Shown: positions 50,329 through 63,500 of the stretch, piece after piece | How positions within the stretch are numbered: the stretch's first letter is position 1 | How the letters are laid out: each line of letters opens with the position of its first letter | NCBI GenBank assembly: GCA_030704615.1 | Contig: CM060733.1 | Span: 49,600,001-49,664,000, forward strand | DNA length: 64,000 nucleotides | DNA from: Takakia lepidozioides | Lineage: Eukaryota; Plantae; Bryophyta | Direction of reading: 5' to 3' | The notes under the pieces: generated by a model | Seen by the model: only the letters and a program-made list of their open reading frames with translations | The model's database searches: none | Told to the model about the DNA's origin: nothing | Translations under genes and position numbers: made by a program

Positions 50329-53300
50329 TCACCAGTAATCCCCACAAGAGCAAATTCCATTTTGAAAGTGGTGAAAGCGGTTGGCATCCCGTACAACAAT
50401 TGCTCTGCCTACAATGTTTGAGATAAATTTGGTGGCAGTGTGGCAGTCACCACACACTCGAAGGTTCTTGATAATGCGGATAGGCATCCCAGGGGGCATG
50501 CTGATGAGCCCGAAAGCAATGGCTAGCCTCTCGCTGTGGTGGCAAAGGAATGATTCTCTTTGCTCCTCCTCCACATCATGCAATACAAAGCTTGTGTCAG
50601 GCACATACCCGGCCTCCTTCATTTGCCCAGACAATCTCTGCAGCTCAGCATGGATCTCCCCAATTTGTGGATGCAATTTGTCATCTGCAACAAATGTATG
50701 CAACTGGTTGTCCACTTCTATGGAGCTGCGGCCAGACTCCTTTCTGACACCTCTGTCCTTCATCAATTTTCTCACATTTGCTTTATCCTCCCACCTGCCA
50801 GCTGCAGCATAGATATTTGATAGCAGCACGTAAGTTGCAGCATGCTGTGGATCACTCTCAAGGATACTTTTTGCTGTACATTCTGCTAGCTCCACATTAC
50901 CATGAACTCTGCAGGCACCGAGCAAGGCCTTCCACACAGAAGCATCTGGTCTGATTGGCATTTTCTTAATGAAGGCCTCTGCTTCATCCAATTGCCCAGC
51001 ACGAGCAAGGAGGTCCACCATGCAGCCAAAATGCTCCTCTGTAGGTTTCAGGCCATAAGTGTCAGTCATGAAGTGAAAGTAGTGACGGCCTTCATCAACT
51101 AGGCCAGCATGGCTACATGCAGAGAGAAGAGATATAAATGTGATACTCTCTGGCTGAAAGCCTTCCTGTTGCATTTTTTCAAATACTTGCACGGCCTCTC
51201 TACCGCACCCATGCTGACCATATCCTGCAATCATCGCACTCCATGAGACCACATCTCGTTCAGCCATTTTGTAGAACACTTGATGTGCATCCTTCAAGCT
51301 CCCGCATTTGGCATACATGTTTACAAGGGTATTCTCCAAATTAAGATATGATGCAATTCCAGCTTTGATGATGTCAGCATGAACCTCTTTACCCTTTTCC
51401 AGAGCTCCTAGGCCTGCACAAGCATTGAGAATGCAAATGAATGCGACCCTATCGGGCTTCACCCCTTCCCGTATCATTTGCTCATACATCTCGAAAGCCT
51501 CTCCACCACACCCATGCTGAACATATCCAGCAATCATTGCACTCCATGAGACCACATCTCGTTCAGACATTTTGTTGAACACTTGACATGCCTTAATCAT
51601 GCTCCCGCATTTGGCATACATGTCAACAAGGGCATTCTCCAAATTAATGGTTAACCCAACACCAGCTTTGATGATGCGAGCATGAATATCTTCGCCTTTT
51701 TCCAGGGTTCTGAGGGTGACACATGCATTGAGAACGGATATGAAAGTAGCCCTGTCAGGTGTCACCCCTTCCTGGATCATTCGCTCATACATTTCACATG
51801 CCTCTCTTCCATACCCATGTTGAGCATATCCGTTGATCATTGTGGTCCAGGAGACCACATCTCGTTTAGCCATGTTGTCGAACACTTGATGGGCATCCTT
51901 CATGTTCCCGCATTTTGCGTACATGTCAGCCAGAGCAGTCTGCAGAACAATATCTGGCGCAACTCTAGCTTTGATGATGTCAGCATGCACCTCTTTTCCT
52001 TTTTCCAAGTTCCCTAGGCTGGCACAAGTATTGAGAGCACTAATGAACGTGACTCTGTTGGGCGTAAACCCCTCTCCTTGCATTCGTTCATACAGTTCGA
52101 AAGCCTTCCTACCACACCCATGCTGACAATATCCTGTGATCATCGCATTCCAGGAGACTACGTCTCTTTGAGCCATATTGTCGAACACTTGACAGGCATC
52201 TTGTATGCTCCCACATTTGGTATACATGTCCGCAAGAGCAGTCTCCAGAATGATATCTGGTGCGATCCCAGCTTTGATAATGTCAGCATGGACCTCTTTG
52301 CCCTTGTCCAGGATTCCTAGGTTGGCACATGCCTTGAGAATGCAAATGAATGTGACCTTGTTGGGTGTCACACATTCCCGCAGCATTTGCTCATACATCT
52401 CGAGAGCTTCCCTACCACAACCATGCTGAGCATATCCTGCGATCATTGTGCTCCATGAGACCACATTTCGTTGTTCCATATTGTCAAACACTTGACGGGC
52501 ATCCATTAAACTCCCACATTTGGCATACATGTCTGCAAGGGCAGTCTCCAGAATGATCTCTTGTGCAACCCCAGCATTGATGAGGTCAGCATGGACCCTT
52601 CTACCCCTTTCCAAGGCTCCTAGTATGGCACATGCATTGAGAACAGAAATGAACGTAACCCTGTTAGGTGTGACCCCCTCCTGTTGCATTTGCTCATACA
52701 CCATTAAAGCCTCCTTACCACACCCCTGCTTGGCATATCCTGCCATCATTATAGTGTATGAAAACACATCTCGTCTTGGCATTTTGTCAAAGACTTTACG
52801 TGCATCCACCACACTCCCACACTTGACATACATGTTGACAAGGGTGTTGAGCAGGAAGATGTTTGCCTTGAATCCACTTTCAATAATCTGAGCGTGAACC
52901 TGCCTTCCCTCTGCTAGAGCTTTCAAGTTGATGCACTCCTGCAGGACAGAGACATAAGTATTGGAGTCTGCCTCAATGCCTTGTTGAGTCAACATGTTCA
53001 CAGCCTCTTTCAGCTGTCCTGCCTTCCATAGTGGCTTCACCTCCCCAAAAGAGCCAGAAGAGTTCTTGTTGACTCCCTCTCTTTGTCCTCTTTCAGAAGC
53101 AGTGATGACAGTGGAGATGGTATCCATGCCGGCAGCCTCATGTCCAGGAAAAAACTGTGCCTGATTCAACCCTGCCAACCTGCATAACTCAAAACTCTGG
53201 GTGGCAAACCTTTATCCTTAAACTCACCTAAGACAACCCAAAGCACCTAGATACTCCAAATATGATCCCTCCATGAAGACGAGCTTCTTGCTACATATTA

Positions 53301-53886
53301 ACACAGCTACAATACTACTGAGACATCTACATTTAGAATACCTATCCCATTTGTTTGAGTTAGAACCCTTTAAATAAAATCATCAAAAACAATACCCATT
53401 GTCTTCACGGCCTTGAGCTCCATGGTGTACATCGGCATTACAATTATCAACAGATTCTCCTCGACCTTGTATCCTGGCAGCTAGCTCAGATTTCACCCAA
53501 GAAGGATTCGACCAACCCTCAATCCAAAGGACCTTGTATGTATGCTTATGTCTGAAGTCGGGTGATCTTTGACTTCTCTGTGAAAACGACCAACCGGCGG
53601 CTGAGCGGCCATAGATTCAAAGACAGCCTCAGATAAACTAAACGATAGGAGGAAATAACCTTGAACGACCTACTGTTTGCACAGCCAGCTCATGACGAAG
53701 AGAAAAATTGTGATAAATTAAGGCAACTGCAGATACGATATCATGGTAAAACCTTTCACATTCAAAATCAAGACAGCCTACCTTGTCAAACCTGTTGTCC
53801 CACCACTGGGAAGGATCTGCAAAAAACTCCTTCCAGAGCCCTTCTAGACTCATTGCTTGACCTGCGTGAGAAATTCGCAAGCACAT
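50329..53886 (-). CDS. PLS-E1-E2-DYW pentatricopeptide RNA-editing factor with N-terminal OSB-type PDF motif
   Basis: Main exon 53171-50329: 20 PLS motifs, E1/E2, DYW with HSERLA, CGDC and terminal DYW; upstream exons 53886(?)-53782 and 53577-53466 splice in frame; true start and transit peptide unresolved. Confidence 0.93.
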
Positions 53887-54572
53887 GAGAACTTCGACAG
53901 ATTCTGATTCCTTCGCTCTGGATCAAAAGTGGAAGCATTTGTGCATGCACACATCCTCTACACGAAACTTTCTCCCACCAGCGTCTAATTTTGTGTCGGA
54001 TGGGTGAAAGCAACTATGGACCCTAGATATCACCCACGTACAGAATTTGCAAACCCATAACGATGCAGAGAGCTACAAGCCGATACCTTTCCTCACTTTC
54101 CCCGGAGGCTGGGGAAGCGTCATCGCTATCACTTGCAGATGTCCCAGGTCCAGCATCTTAAACGTGAACATCCATTTCAGCTACACAGTCTGGCCTCATA
54201 ATCTGCTGCACATACAGCGCCTCACACTCCCTGAGTGCAACGACAAGACAGGGACTTGCGTATGGCCTCCCCCTACACGCGCAGCAGAGGTGCCATCCCT
54301 TGAGGCTTGGTGGGTTCCACATTCCAACTGTGCAGTTGAAGGTGGGGTGCGTTAGACGGACGTGAGAGACACTGTGGCGTTCATCCGACGACAGTTGGCG
54401 TGCAGACTTGCAAAATACGTGTGGGGGCAGTCCTTCTCTGTACTTGTTCTGGGAACCAACAGCGACGCGGGTACTTTGCCCCGCTTTCAAATCAGATAGA
54501 AGAGCGGGGGCGCGGCCAGATCTGTATTTCTTGAGCTCCCAGGGAGAGGTGCGGGACAGGGAATGCGTGAGA

Positions 54573-57500
54573 ATGGCGGAGGCTGTGTTCAACATTATTC
54601 CGGTGGACAATTTCTTGTCGGATCATGCCGCTCTGCGGTTTCCTGAGGTTTGTTCGGTTCTCTCGATTGTCCATGGTAGTTGTCACTAGAGCAGCGGCTT
54701 GGAGCTTGACATTGTGGTTGTGGTGACGTGCGCGGAAGTTTTTGGCTGTCTTGAGCATTTCAGCTGTTACCGGTCTCAAACTGTACCGTATGGCTAGTCT
54801 CGAAGTAGAATATATGGTTGTGTGAGTGGGGTTGGCTTTGGAGGAGCAAACGTCATGCGCCTTTGATGAAACATGTCGCTGAGGCCTAATTTGCGCCTTT
54901 CGATTCGGATTCTACAAGTTTCTGTCTCGTATCTGCTGATCTCGAGGTCCGCTGAGCGTCCCATCTCTCAGTGCTTGTTTACCTTTGCAACAACGTACAC
55001 CAGTTCTGTGCGCCTATTTTGTATACAACAATAGGCGCACCTCCCTAGTGTGGGCAGGAGCTGTTGGCTTGGAGGGGTCTCTGCATTTGTCGGAGCCCTG
55101 TTTTCGAATTGTGATGCTCAAGTTGCTGACTGGTTACTGGTTCGGTCAGCATCTTTGATGTGTGGGATCCAGTGTCATATGCGACATTGCTCAAGCTCAT
55201 TCAAGAGCTTATCCTTGTGGTATAAGCACAGGGGACTATGGTGACTGTGCCTCACTGTTGCTCGTTGGAAGTGTATGAAGATGAAGGGTAGAGGTGGTTT
55301 TTTTCCAGTTTGCTACTGTTTCAGTACAACTAGCGTCTTTGAGCCAATAGGACACACCACTTTCCTTAAATGGCAGTATCACATACCTGCTGGAATTTCA
55401 GTAGGCCTGCAGTCAAATAGGAATTGTAAGAGGACGGCATTGCAGTCATTATCTGGGGCAAGCTCATGATTACTGGTAAAGGCTTTATGTTTTCAGTGAG
55501 CAACTTTGTGATCCCAGTTTTAGGTCTACCTGTGTCTCATGCTCAGACAAGGTGTTCAATTTCTCACTCTAAATTGCTCAAAATAATCAGAACTTCATGT
55601 TTTGGAAACCTGTTTAGATGCACGATCAGGAAAATATCACTTCTTATCCACTTCCAAGGTTCCGAGCTTTTGCTTCTTGCTGTTTGTTTCCTCAATTACC
55701 TTCACTTACAAACTGAGGTGCTCCATTTGATTGTTTAGAAGGTGAGATATTGGCTCGTGAGACTGTAGCTTTTAAAACTTTAGTAGCTTACGATTTTATG
55801 TGTCTGTTCCCTTGGATACAGGCACAGCTAGTTGCTCCTGCAATGTAGATGTTGCATGTACTGTCCTGTCTGTTGAGGAAGGTGTCGATCGTGAAGGAAT
55901 TCTTCAGTATCAGGCTTCTAACTTGTGGTGCTTGAAATTGTGCCTGGTTGTGATAAAAGGTTCGAGCAGCTATAGCTGCGTTGCAGTGTGTTGGTGACCT
56001 AGCCAAGCCGCCAGATGTGCGGTGGACTTCTAACATGGATATACTTGACTGGCTTGGAGGCTTCTTTGGCTTTCAGGTGTGCATTTTTTGTTCTCACTTC
56101 CTTCATATATTTAAGAAAAGTTCCTGTTCTTTAACCAGCATGAACTGCTTTGCCTTGCCTCCAGAATGTAACAAGAGGCTGAATTCACTGCCCAGAGCCA
56201 CCATTTTATAGCTATTGACTAATGTTACTTTCGGTGTACCCTTTCATTTGGGAATATCAGGGATTTTTTCCCCCTTTCTACATTTCTTGCAGCTGTTAGC
56301 TGTTGTGGATAATTGTTCCGTATCTGGCTATCGTGGCGTAGTTATGTAGTTGTATCGGTGACTTTACGTATAACTACTTGCATCATAACGTGGTGGTAGT
56401 GTTATTTGACACTGGTAAGCGATCTTTTTGCAGCGTGATAATGTGAGGAATCAGCGAGAGCATCTTGTTCTTTTATTAGCCAATGCCCAGATGCGGTTGC
56501 AGCCTGCACCATTATCAATTGACAAGGTAAGAGTCTTTAACAATATGTGCCCTTTATGAACATCCTTTGGATTCTATTTGCTTACAAGATGAACTTGTGA
56601 TGCTCTTTGGTTTTGGAGCATAGCTTACTTGTACACTGATTCTTAGCAGTTGATTCCTATAACAAGCATAATCGTCAGTGTGAGGAGGGTAGGCGAGGTC
56701 AGAGAGTTCTTACAATAAGTATGTGAATGATGTCTTGCAAGAAGGAAAGTCATTGTCAAATATTTGACAGGCCACATGGATTGAAAATTTTGCTTTCTCC
56801 ATTTTATTGTTGGTTGTGTTAAGCAACAGATAACCCCGTAGTCAATGGTAAATAATTAGTCGTCATAGTCAGTGAGTCCTTGCCATGGTGCAGGCTATGC
56901 TGCATTCTACAAAGTGGGATCTTAGGCTTTCAATGGTCTAGAATCAGACTGTGGTAGGTTGCACTATTCCTTGACTGGAAATAAGTGCTCCCATGTGGAT
57001 TGGAGTCAAGAGTTTTAATGGGAATGATTGATGCCGACCTTGGCTTAATCTCATTCTTGTCGTTACTTCTATAAAACATTCAAACATTGTGGAAGATTCT
57101 CAGTAACTCTGCAAGCTTTTACCATATTGCGTGATTGTTGTCCGAGGAAGCAGGTGTCGTCCCCAGTGGGTCACCAGGATGAGAGCTGGTAGTGATTGTG
57201 CAAACTGCTTCTTTGGTAGAGGCTTTAAGCCAAGAAATATGTTGTAGTTACAAGCCCATAGGAACAGCAGAGGGTCTCAAGCCTCTAGCTCTCTGTCTAT
57301 TAATGGAGGGCTCCTCTTGCCCTGTAATTTATTTGAGTGGTTGCCATGTTGTGTGCTGCAGCTGGAGGCCAGTGTGGTCAGAAAGATTCGAAAAAAGGTG
57401 ACTCAAAATTATGTGTCTTGGTGCAGGTTTGTCAGAAAGCCACACCACTTAAGGTAAGAGTACCCATAGCATTAAAAAAGGTTCCTATTCACCTTTGGGT

Positions 57501-60500
57501 TAATTGTCTGCCTCTTCGTACTGATTGGGTGGAAAAGCATAATGTATGCCAACTGCTGTTCGCCTCTGGCATGGTTCAGAATGTGCACCAATGAAAAAAA
57601 TAGTGTGATGCCAACACACCCTATGTTGGTTTTCAGTGATAGTTGCTGTTTGTACAGTAGTGCTCTGTAAACTTAGTGGATCTGTGTGCGAAGCATGACC
57701 TCTGTTACCACAGAGGAAACTCCACATGTTTCATTTGCAAAGGTGTGCTTTCACCCACCAGTTCATATTGGGTGCAACAACTGAAGAGTGCAGAGTGTGG
57801 CATGTATGGATGCATGTCTAACATGAATATCGTGGGCTGTAAGGCTGTTGGACGGAAAGCAAGAGGTATTGGATGAGCGGCGGGAGTTGCTGTATACGTC
57901 ATTGTACCTTCTTATCTGGGGAGAGGCTGCCAATCTACGTTTTATGCCTGAGTGCCTTTGCTTCATCTTCCACCATGTAGAGCTTCTACATTTCCATGTG
58001 TCTGCACACTCAACTGTCTCGTTTAGAATTGTGTTACTCCACATGGCCTGTGCATTATCAGCTTTGGCATGGTGTTCTATTTCAAATGACTCAGTGACCT
58101 ATTTCAGCATCCAACAGATGGCCCAGTGGTTAGGGCACAAGGCCGCCTTATGAGTGGTTGTGGGTTCAAAGCCACATGTGAAAGTTGGATGTCACCCATA
58201 ACTGGGTCAACATGTTATGTAGTGTGTAACCTGGGGACTCTCAAGTCCTTGGGGGAGGTTTGTGCAACCACGTTGCCCCGGTCACAACCATTAGAAGGTG
58301 TCCACTTTCCAAATGGAAGGTAGTAGTCCTTTGGGGTGAAGTTATGCTTGCTTCAGCAGGAGTCTTCCTCTGACCTATTCTTCTGGATTATACATATTAC
58401 TCACACTGAATGTGAACTCTGTTAGATGTGTTTTAGGCATTCCTAAATCTTCAAAGGAATGTCCACGTGCTTCCCCGTTATGACTAGTGGACTGCGGATG
58501 TGCACTTTGTCCGTCATGCATATGGTTGTCAATACTCTCTTCAGGCCTGGCAAGTGATGGAGATTACGTGTGTGTATGTCAGATGACCTTTGAGTTGAAT
58601 AGGATGTTGGAGAGGTTCATCGATGAGCTCTCGGCACAGTCTGTGAGGCCTACATACTGTGAGCCAAATGGATTTTTGTTACGGGTGGTCCTGCCATTGT
58701 ACACCATTGTGAAAGCAGTAAGTCTCTGGTTCTCACACTTCACCGGTGTATCATTCAAGCTTCAATGTATGTTGTATGTGGTGGAGATGAGATGGTTTTG
58801 GTGTTGTGGGTAGGGGGCTGGTTGAGATGTTCATTGGTTGGTTACAAGGAATTTAGTGATTTGTATGCAAGATGGCCATGGCCACTGGCTGGAGATGGCT
58901 GAAGCAGATCTGCTGTCATTCTTGCAGGAGGCAGAGTCGAACAACAATGGAACAGCTCCCCATTCATGGTGGCGGAACTATGATGACCTTAACGAATACT
59001 TTTGGTACTTCTTGTCACCATTTGTGATATGCACTAAATGTGCTGTTCTAGGAAAGAGAAGAACTGTTGTTATTTGTCTACTACATTTCGACATGCCCTA
59101 TTTTGTTGAAAACTCCCTTTTGTTTGTGCTAAGTTGGTACAAACTGCATGATGGGACAGGTTTCTTCTGCACCACTTTTTGAATGTTCTTGGCACCAGAA
59201 GGATTTGCTGATGTGTGTCAAACGTCATGGTTCTCTGGGAGTTGCAAGTGGTTTGGCATATTTTCCTAGATGTTAGTCAAGTGGCCTGTCAGGATGCAGC
59301 TACGTAATGATGAACACTTTGTGAAGCTGAGTAATTGCTTGGGGGAAAAGACTCTTCTCTACATGGAAGAGTTCCTGCAGGGAGGTCATGACCTCATCAT
59401 TGTCTACATTTTGCAGGAGCAATAGATGCTTTACGCAACTGCAATGGCCATTGCAACTGGATTCAAACTTCCTCGTTGAGCCTTGGAAAGAAAAGGTAGC
59501 GGGGAAAGATTCCATGGAGTTTGTGAGGATGGTTTTGTGCATATCATTGTTTCTTGGTGAAGCGATTAGTGAAAAGCCATCTCTTGGTCATGTGCAAGCA
59601 GTCACATGTTCTCTGTTATGATGGGGCCATGTCCTTTATTCTTGCTTTAAATGAAGAAATGTTATTTGGTTGGCAGGTTGACAGGCACACCAAGCAAAAG
59701 GTTGGGAAGACTGGATTTGTGGAACAACGCTCTTTTTGGAATGTGTTTCGTAGCTTTGACCGGCTATGGATAGGTTATATTCTGGTACTGCAGGTGAGTG
59801 CTTCAGGTCTGTCAATCTTCAGCATGCATTATTAGCTCTTAGCGACTGGTTGGGATATTGTTGGGGGCCAATTTTGAACAAAATAGTGCTATGACTACCC
59901 TGCTGCGTCCTATGTCAGGGTAGCCAATACATGCATTTTTCAAACTGTGTCCTAGTTGTATTGCTTTAGAAATAGGGGTCTTCAAGACAATAGGCTAGTA
60001 CTTGTCTTAGACTGCTGCAAGACTGCAATTGGAATATGATGAAGACCTGGTAATGCAGCTGTAAGGGTTCCTGGAACCATTGAAGCTGGTGGTATGTTTG
60101 TTCTGAATCATGCTAGATTCGTGGGTACAGATGTGGATTCTATGGTTGATGGGCACTTGCTACTTGCAGTGAATTAGACTTGGGTTAAACTTCTTTAGTT
60201 GGTCACCTCATTTGTAGAGTAGAACTTCTCCAACGAAGGGGAAGTAGGGGTTGAGCTTGCAGGGTAGGCAGGATGGTGACACATGGATGCTTCGATGTTA
60301 AATGGCTCAGCAATTGGGTTCTGTAAAGCTTGAGGTTGGATGTACTAGAGATAGTTGAGTATCAGCATTGTGAACTAAGATACTGAACAGAGCTTTTTCT
60401 AGTTACCCTGCTGGCCATATGAGACAAATGGTGTCGGTGCGTTTTTGCTTAAAACACAATTTTAATTTCATGGGAAGATTGGTATGTTGTTGAAGAAAAA

Positions 60501-63500
60501 AGAGAATGGCATCATGTTTTATTGATGTTGCTAATAGCAGCTTGCTATTGGTAGGCATGCATCGTAACCTTGTGGCATGGGAGTGGGCCACCTTGGGTGG
60601 AGCTGCAAAAGAGAGATTCGTTGGCCCGTTTCTTAACTATTTTCATTACTTGGGCAGCATTGCGTGTGCTTCAAGGTATTGGCGTCTCTGTCCGTTAGTT
60701 GGTATATTGCTAGAGTATTCAAGACTATGATCAAGGCTATTATTTCAATAACATTCTCATTTCATGTTTCATATAGGGGACTATGGTTTGCATTTTCTTC
60801 CTTTCTTTTTGCCGCTTTTTGTCTTTGTTCTTGTTTAGGGTGGGGTATTGTAGTTTGTCTGTAGCCTTTTGCAGGCTCCTATAGTGTCTGTCTGTTGTGT
60901 AGAGACAGCCTCTCTAGTCATGCAACCGTGCTTGATTGGAGCGACGTTAGTGTAATGCTCTTGTAGGCCATGTGTTGTTGGCTGTACATTTTCAGCTGTC
61001 TTCAAATAGATGAGCATTTTGCTTCATGACCTAACTGTTTTGTTGTTTGGTTTATGGTTGTCTGGTAATGTGAATGTGCTTGGCAGCTTTGCTTGATTTT
61101 GGGATGCAATATAGCCTTATCTCCAGGGAGACAATCTCAATTGGTGTACGAATGGTCCTGAAACCCTTGGTGGCTACTGGATGGGTTATAATCTTTACTG
61201 TGTTCTACAGGTTGAGATTAAACACTTGTTTCAACTTAGTTTCTCCATATTCATTTCGGTGCGATTTGTTCTGTGAATGTATTGCTTCTAGTCTTCTGAG
61301 GGTAGATGCAAAGACCTCCAAGCGACATTGTCTGTGAGTGTATGTCTATCTTCAAGGGAGGGGGAAGAGAAAGGGCCCTCGTAGGGGCGGGGTTGCCGGG
61401 TAGGGTGAGAGCAGGGGAGTACAGACGTAAACCTAAGAAAGGGGGCATTTCATGTATTAACCTCTTGCTCTGATTGAGGGATCTGCAGGAGTATGTGGGC
61501 ACAACGCCACCGAGATAGGTCTTGGTCAACATCAGCAAATAACCTACTGATTAGATTTCTGGAAGCTGCTGCTGTATTCGTTCTTCCAGAGGTTTTGGCA
61601 CTTCTACTCTTCATTTTGCCATGGGTGCGAAACTTCGTCGAAAACTCAAGTTGGAGGGTCTTAAATCTCTTAACTTGGTGGTTTCAGGTATTTGTTTTGA
61701 TCTATTTCACTCAATATGTGATTTGTACTGTAAAGTTTCTGTGCCATGGATGGATGCATTTGAAACTGCACCAGGATGAATTTGTGGGACATGTAAGGTT
61801 TTGCTGGTAGGACAGCAACATCTTTTCTGTTTCTGGGATATAGAAATGCTGTATAAATGATATATCTTACAACTGTACTAGAGCTATGGTAGTCATTGTT
61901 GAGGTTCTTGTTCCCATGTTCAACACTCCATCTGTCAGCCAGCTTGAGATATGCCTAAGAGCAGTCTTTCTTGAAACTTTAGGAGCTCTTCTCTGACCAG
62001 GGCACATGTTCTAGCTTTGCTGTTAAGTGGGGCTATGGCCATAGGGCTATCATTTCAATACACCGCCTGCCTTCTTTACCACTATTGGTCCATGGTATTT
62101 TGGTATCATGGAACTGGTGCATATGCTTGTCTACAATAAAGCTTTTCACTGCGTCCGTGCAGAGTCGTACATTTGTGGGCCGAGGTTTACGGGAGGGTGT
62201 TGTCGATAACATCAAGTGAGTGTCTTGGTTTTGGATAACACTGTCATATTTGATTTGGACCCTTTGTAGGACATCTGGATGATATTTGAACCTTAAGACA
62301 AAACTACATTTTAATGCATATTCAAGAACTTCAAGTCACTCTTGAAACAACTGGAGATCTGATCAAATCTCTTGGCTGGTCCTGCAAAGACTCAGAGATT
62401 AACCAGGTGGCATCCCAGCTCTTGGCTTCCAAATGAGATGGTTCATGAGGGAGCGCTGTCCTTTGATAGCCAAACTGACAAGCAATAGAAATGGGCATGA
62501 TGGTGAAGATATACTGTTGATGGTGAGGCTTACAATCATGAATTTGGCCGTTGGATATTAAGTAGGAGAGTATCATTTGAGTGAGGTTATGGAAGATCCC
62601 TCTTGTGGGGGGTGACAGCTGTGGTGCTTTCAAGGCAAGGCATTCTTGGATGGTGGGTGCAGTCCTTTTGTAGGTTCTGTTGACAGGTAGCACCTCCTGA
62701 TCACAGAGGTGCTGCCAAAATCCTCCTGAAGTTGTTGATGTATTAACCTTGGATTGAAGAAAATCCTCCAGTGGTTCTCAGTGTTATATGTTCTCTTACT
62801 TCTCTAACTCCCTCTATGTGACCCTTCGGATTGGCAGGTACACAGTGTTCTGGTTGCTAGTACTAGCATCAAAGTTTGCTTTCAGCTACTTCCTTCAGGT
62901 AAACCACAGCTACTGATGCTCTTTTGTTCCCAATGGTGCCTGCACATATGGCACTGTAGGTCCTTTTGTGCAATTCTGTTGGAGAGTGCTCTCTTGCTGT
63001 AGATCCTGTTGTGGTCCTGTCCCCCACATTTTCGTTTATTGCTGCATATATAGCAATGCTATCATCGATCTTCTTACCACCTTGTCCCACATTCTGATTT
63101 GATTTATGCTTCTGCTTTGGGCAGATCAAGCCTTTGATAAAGCCCACCAAAGAAATTCTACAGATCAGAAACATCACATACAAGTGGCACGAGTTTTTTG
63201 CACACGGTATGGAGCTGCTAGTCCTTGTGCTATTTGCTGTCCTAGTCGGTCTAGGACATGACATTCTCAGGTCCTTCTCTTTGACTTACAGGTTTGATCT
63301 TGATGAACCTTGATCACTTGGCATGTGCACCGGTGGACATTTCCTTTGACTTATGTCATGAGAATTGGCAATGGATAGGAGACTTAAAAATCATAGGTCT
63401 TGTGGATGAAGATGCCTCAATGGGTGGACATGATTCTTCATCTGTTCCAGGTGTCCTCCTTTTTATGGAGGGTCGGCACTGATAACCTTAATCACTTGCT

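Noticed and set aside
50329-50760. U-to-C (DYW:KP-type) editing domain
   Set aside because: Has canonical HSE active site and DYW terminus; looks like the C-to-U type
55008-55049. 33-bp palindrome followed by CTAGT (Helitron 3' end or TE footprint)
   Set aside because: Hairpin-to-CTAG spacing atypical and no 5' end identifiable
58110-58180. tRNA gene
   Set aside because: A and B boxes present but no acceptor or anticodon stems; treated as a SINE head
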